Part shown: positions 60,536 to 64,000 of the stretch, piece by piece
Numbering within the stretch: the stretch's first letter is position 1
Layout: each line of letters opens with the position of its first letter
NCBI GenBank assembly: GCA_963831805.1
Contig: CAWHRN010000010.1
Location: 1,107 to 65,106, forward strand
Source: an uncultured Verrucomicrobiae bacterium
GTDB taxonomy: Bacteria; Verrucomicrobiota; Verrucomicrobiia; Chthoniobacterales; UBA10450
DNA: 64,000 bases
Reading direction: 5' to 3'
Program-made: the position numbers and the translations under genes
The notes under the pieces: model-generated
The model's database searches: none
What the model saw: only the letters and a program-made list of their open reading frames with translations
Told to the model about the DNA's origin: nothing

Positions 60536-61480
60536 ATGGATAATCCGCCTAACGATCCCGCGGAAGCGCTCCTCCACACTTATAGCGTGGACGGCGGGAT
60601 CAATTATCTCGCCGCCGCCGCCACGCTCCCCTCGCGGCCGGCGATCGATGCGGCCTGCATCGATCTGCTCAGCCTGCTCTTTCCCGGTTTCCATGGCGAG
60701 CCGTTGATCGATCCGGGCGATCTTCCGGATGTCACGCGCATCCGGATTCGCTCGCTCCGTGCGCGGCTCCTGCCGGAGATGGTGAAGAGTCTCGCCCGCC
60801 GCGCCGGCGAGTGTGAGTCGACCACGACGAGGGCGGAGCGGATCCTCGTCGATTTCTTCAGCAAGCTCGCGAGCGTGCGCGAGATGCTCTGGTCCGATCT
60901 CGACGCGGCCTACGAGGGGGATCCCTCGGCGACGAGTTTCGAGGAGGTGATCCTGGCCTATCCGTCGCTCGAGGCGATCGCGATCCAGCGGCTGGCGCAC
61001 ATTCTCTACCGGCACCAACTGCCGCTGATCCCGCGGATGATGACGGAGTGGGCGCACGGGCAGACGGGGATCGATATCCATCCCGGGGCGCAGATCGGGA
61101 GCCACTTTTTCATCGATCACGGGACGGGTGTGGTGATCGGCGAGACGTGCGTGATCGGCGCGCGGGTGAAGCTCTACCACGGGGTGACGCTGGGCGCGCG
61201 GAGCTTCGAGAAGGACGAGAACGGGCACATCAAGAAGGGAGGCCAGCGGCATCCCCGGATCGAGGATGGGGTGACGATTTATCCGAACTCGACCGTGCTC
61301 GGCGGGGAGACGGTGGTCGGCGCGCACAGCACGATCGGCGGGAACGTGTTCCTCACCCACAGCGTGCCGCCGGATTCGCTCGTCTCCTACGAGGCGAACC
61401 ATCTCCAGGTGGTGCACAAGCAGCCGCGGAACGCGCCGGCGCGGGCGTCCGCGCCTGACGAGTCCGCGGTGTTGGAATGA
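60536..61480 (+). CDS. cysE: Serine O-acetyltransferase (long form)
   Basis: GIDIHPGAQIGSHFFIDHGTGVVIGETCVIGARVKLYHGVTLG hexapeptide region. Internal start of ORF 59120..61480. Confidence 0.8.
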   Translation: MDNPPNDPAEALLHTYSVDGGINYLAAAATLPSRPAIDAACIDLLSLLFPGFHGEPLIDPGDLPDVTRIRIRSLRARLLPEMVKSLARRAGECESTTTRAERILVDFFSKLASVREMLWSDLDAAYEGDPSATSFEEVILAYPSLEAIAIQRLAHILYRHQLPLIPRMMTEWAHGQTGIDIHPGAQIGSHFFIDHGTGVVIGETCVIGARVKLYHGVTLGARSFEKDENGHIKKGGQRHPRIEDGVTIYPNSTVLGGETVVGAHSTIGGNVFLTHSVPPDSLVSYEANHLQVVHKQPRNAPARASAPDESAVLE

Positions 61481-62772
61481 TCTATCTCGACTACAACGCG
61501 ACGACACCGCTCGGCCCGGCGGCGCGGGCGGCGATGCGTCCGTATCTGGAGCGGCATTTCGGGAATCCCTCGAGCGTGCACGCGGCCGGCCGCGAGGCCC
61601 GGGCGGCGATCGATAATGCGCGCGACCAGCTCGCGGCGCTGCTGCGGGTCCGGCCTAACGAGATCGTCTTCACCAGCGGCGGGACGGAGGCGAACAATCT
61701 CGCGCTCCTCGGGCTGGCGCGGAACCTCGCGCCTAACGGAAAGCATTTGATCAGCAACCGGGCCGAGCATCACGCGGTGCTGCACACGCTCGAGCACCTG
61801 GAGCGGCGGGAAGGCTTCGAGGTGACCTGGCTCGATGTTTCGCCTGACGGCTTGGTCGATCCCGCGGCGCTCGCGGCGGCGATCCGGCCGGACACGATCA
61901 TGGTCTCGTTGATGACCGCGAATAACGAGACCGGCGTGCTCCAGCCGATGGTGGAAATCTCAGCGGTCTGCCGACAGGCGGGCGTGCTCCTGCATAGCGA
62001 CATGGTGCAATCGTTCGGGAAAAGCCGAGACGAGTCTGTCATTCTGAGCGAAGCCGCCGGCGCAGTCGAAGGATCCCGTGGAGGCTCTGCAAAGCCCCGT
62101 TTTCTCGACAGTGCCAGCTTCCCAAAAGCCCAACGGGATCCTTCGACTCTGCTCCGCGGCGCTCAGGAAGACCGGCTGGTGGGACTGGTCGACGCGGCCA
62201 GTTTCGCGGCGCACAAATTCTACGGGCCGAAAGGCGCCGGGTTTCTCTATCTCCGCGCCGGCCTGGCGATCGACGCGATCCAATTCGGCGGCGCGCACGA
62301 AGGCGAACGCCGCCCCGGCACGGAGAATGTCGCCGCGATCGCCGGCCTCGCCGCGGCGGCCGCGGAGGTGCTGGGCGAGCAGCCTAACGAGTCCGCTTTG
62401 CGCGATACGCTTTGGCAGGGGATCCGTGAAGTCTGTCCGGAAGCGCTCGCCAACGGCGCCGACGCGCCGCGGCTCGGCAATACGCTGAACGTCAGCTTCC
62501 CCGGCTACTCCTCGGAGACGTTGCTGATGGCGCTCGATCTCGAAGGCGTCTGCGCCTCGAGCGGCTCGGCCTGCATGGTCGGCTCGGTGGTGGCTTCGCA
62601 TGTCCTCCTCGCGATGGGGCTGCCGCCGGAGCGGGCTTCCTCCGCGGTTCGTTTCTCGTTAGGCAAACAGACCACGTTGGCGGAAATCGCCGAGACCGTG
62701 GCGGCGCTCGGGCGAATCTTTTCCCGCCTGAAAACGCGCCGCGGCGTCACCCAGCCGGCTTTCGCTTCGTGA
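61477..62772 (+). CDS. Cysteine desulfurase (class V aminotransferase, NifS/IscS-like) carrying a 45-codon in-frame element
   Basis: MIYLDYNATTP, TSGGTEANNLA, HSDMVQSFGK, AAHKFYGPKGAGFLY, SSGSACM. Confidence 0.85.
   Translation: MIYLDYNATTPLGPAARAAMRPYLERHFGNPSSVHAAGREARAAIDNARDQLAALLRVRPNEIVFTSGGTEANNLALLGLARNLAPNGKHLISNRAEHHAVLHTLEHLERREGFEVTWLDVSPDGLVDPAALAAAIRPDTIMVSLMTANNETGVLQPMVEISAVCRQAGVLLHSDMVQSFGKSRDESVILSEAAGAVEGSRGGSAKPRFLDSASFPKAQRDPSTLLRGAQEDRLVGLVDAASFAAHKFYGPKGAGFLYLRAGLAIDAIQFGGAHEGERRPGTENVAAIAGLAAAAAEVLGEQPNESALRDTLWQGIREVCPEALANGADAPRLGNTLNVSFPGYSSETLLMALDLEGVCASSGSACMVGSVVASHVLLAMGLPPERASSAVRFSLGKQTTLAEIAETVAALGRIFSRLKTRRGVTQPAFAS
62038..62172. repeat. 135-bp MITE-like palindromic element inserted in frame inside the cysteine desulfurase gene
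   Basis: Arms GTCATTCTGAGCGAAGCCGCCGGCGCAGTCGAAGGATCC (62038-62076) and GGATCCTTCGACTCTGCTCCGCGGCGCTCAGGAAGAC (62136-62172). Translates VILSEAAGAVEGS...DPSTLLRGAQED. Confidence 0.75.
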
Positions 62773-63368
62773 GCATGATCGGCGTGGCGAACCAGCTCGA
62801 GCTGCCGCTCGCGGCGCGTTCGTTAGGCCGGGACCCGGAGCTGGAAGCGCTCGCCGCGGATTTGCTCCGGCGCAACGAAGCCGCAGCGCTCGCCGCGACG
62901 GTCCGCGTCGAATGGTCGGCCCGGCTCCGCAGCGCCGCGGGTCGCGCCGAATACCACGCCGGTCGCGTCCTGCTCAATCGCCGGCTCTGGCCGCACGGCG
63001 CCGCGGAGATCGATCGCACCCTGCGGCACGAGCTGGCGCATTTGCTTGCCCACTTCCGCGCGGGCCGTCGACGGATCGCGCCGCACGGCACGGAATGGCG
63101 CCGCGCCTGCGCCGATCTCGGGATCGCGGGCGAAGCGCGCTGTCACACGCTGCCGTTCCCGATTCGTCGGCGGACGCGGCCTTATCTTTATGTCTGCCGC
63201 CATTGCGGTCGCGATTTCCCGCGGACGCGTCCGCTCCGGCGCACCTCGGCCTGCCTCGCCTGCTGCCGCGAACACAATCACGGGAAGTTCGACCCGCGTT
63301 TCAAGTTGGAGCGCCGGCCCGCGGCCGAGGGCCAGAACGCGGCCACGCCGCCACACTTGTCATCCTGA
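62769..63368 (+). CDS. SprT-like zinc metallopeptidase-domain protein
   Basis: RTLRHELAHLLAHF (HExxH) followed by a Cys-rich segment CRHCGRDF...CLACC. The 3-prime end runs into the MITE. Confidence 0.7.
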   Translation: MSMIGVANQLELPLAARSLGRDPELEALAADLLRRNEAAALAATVRVEWSARLRSAAGRAEYHAGRVLLNRRLWPHGAAEIDRTLRHELAHLLAHFRAGRRRIAPHGTEWRRACADLGIAGEARCHTLPFPIRRRTRPYLYVCRHCGRDFPRTRPLRRTSACLACCREHNHGKFDPRFKLERRPAAEGQNAATPPHLSS

Positions 63369-63468
63369 GCCGCGCAGACGGCGAAGGACCTCGCAAGCGT
63401 CGTGTGAGTGTGGTTGCCTAACGAACCCGCAAGACGCCTGCGAGATCCTTCGCTCCGCTCAGGATGAC
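63359..63468. repeat. MITE-like palindromic element with GCCTAACGA in its loop
   Basis: GTCATCCTGAGCCGCGCAGACGGCGAAGGACCTC ... TTGCCTAACGAACCCGCAAGACGCCTGCGAGATCCTTCGCTCCGCTCAGGATGAC. Confidence 0.7.
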
Positions 63469-63507
63469 AACGCCATGAAACGGTGCGCATCGACAGTTCG
63501 TTAGGCG

Positions 63508-64000
63508 TTAGGCGTCGTCAACTGCGTTGTCGCCTTTGCCGGCTTTCTGTCCGCGCAATTTTGCCTGAATGAAGAGGTCGATGTCGCCATCCATCACTGC
63601 CTGCACGTTGCTCGTCTCCGCGCCGGTGCGGTGGTCTTTCACCATCTGATACGGCTGGAAAACATAGCTCCGAATCTGGCTCCCCCAGGCGACGTCGCCC
63701 TTCTCGCCGTACTGCCGGTCGATCTCGGCGCGCTTCTTGTCCTGCTCGATCTCGTAGAGTTTGGCCTTCAACATTTTCAAGGCCAGCTCGCGGTTGCGGC
63801 CCTGGCTCCGCTCGGCCTGGCAGGCGACGACGATGCCGGTCGGCTGGTGCACGATCCGCACCGCGGTCTCGACCTTGTTCACGTTCTGCCCGCCTTTGCC
63901 GCCAGCGCGGAAGGTCGTGATGTCGAGGTCGGCCGGGTTCACTTCGATCGGCGCCGAGTCCGCGATTTCCGGCGTGACATCGACGCTCGCGAAGGAAGTG
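63508..64000 (-). CDS. prfB: Peptide chain release factor 2, C-terminal part (continues beyond the window)
   Basis: [64 protein letters not shown]. The reading frame is open to nt 64000. Confidence 0.9.
   Translation of the reverse strand, partial: TSFASVDVTPEIADSAPIEVNPADLDITTFRAGGKGGQNVNKVETAVRIVHQPTGIVVACQAERSQGRNRELALKMLKAKLYEIEQDKKRAEIDRQYGEKGDVAWGSQIRSYVFQPYQMVKDHRTGAETSNVQAVMDGDIDLFIQAKLRGQKAGKGDNAVDDA

Noticed and set aside
60446-61507. N-terminal ~350 aa of ORF 59018..61507 (as an 829-aa MBL protein) and the N-terminal part of ORF 59120..61480.
   Set aside because: The MBL/beta-CASP homology begins only at about 60394-60445. The upstream part is the antisense shadow of cysE. Conversely, cysE homology begins at 60536.
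20517-63513. TCGTTAGGC explained as codon or dipeptide bias, as a Chi/KOPS-type polar signal, or as a telomere-like TTAGGC coincidence.
   Set aside because: - The word occurs in at least four reading frames and in non-coding DNA, so protein or codon bias cannot produce it.
- The orientations are about balanced (32/24) and interleaved, which argues against a replication-polar signal within this window.
- Copies are dispersed single units, not tandem telomeric repeats.
- Polarity still needs a whole-genome check.
63508-64000. Programmed +1 frameshift site of prfB.
   Set aside because: The known frameshift site lies near codon 25, outside this window. Only the C-terminal part is visible.

Overview
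High-GC bacterial chromosomal segment. GloVer (Gloeobacter/Verrucomicrobia) tandem-repeat proteins and dockerin-like C-termini suggest Verrucomicrobiota; this is inferred from protein motifs only, with no search run. All coordinates, counts and alignments were made by eye.

The window splits into two parts.

(A) nt 1 to ~20.5 kb looks accessory and scrambled:
- two broken type I restriction hsdR fragments, a truncated IS3 transposase, and MNT and PIN toxin-antitoxin genes
- duplicated gene-end fragments and a ~300-bp structured repeat
- cargo genes: NDH-2, a LysR regulator, a two-adaptor RND efflux operon, and secreted repeat proteins

(B) ~20.5-64 kb is mostly housekeeping:
- 2-oxoacid dehydrogenase E1/E2, dinB, a leucine-catabolism trio, manC-like, ruvX, truA, nuoB/nuoC
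- PNP, pgpH, phoH, heptose/Kdo genes, pyrG, sua5/tsaC, purK/purE
- an S8 protease, two pilT paralogues, infA, xthA, cysE, cysteine desulfurase, prfB

Main finding: the 9-mer TCGTTAGGC (reverse complement GCCTAACGA) is very over-represented in part B. I counted about 44 exact copies plus about 12 one-mismatch copies of the CGTTAGG core in 43.5 kb, against roughly 0.3 expected under uniform base composition. It occurs on both strands, in at least four reading frames, in intergenic DNA and at many stop codons. In part A I found only 2 exact copies plus 1 variant in 20.5 kb. This resembles the DNA uptake sequences of Neisseria and Pasteurellaceae, and it marks part A (and a second stretch at 49.5-55.5 kb) as compositionally foreign.

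Other notable items:
- a palindromic MITE-like element inserted in frame in the cysteine desulfurase gene
- a 21-bp-periodic array (heptad-repeat ORF) between the two pilT genes
- a conserved 24-nt element exactly 32-33 nt upstream of three start codons
- a three-hairpin repeat that truncates hsdR

Many conserved genes carry single-base frameshifts, about 25 in the window. These are more likely sequence or assembly indels than real pseudogenes.
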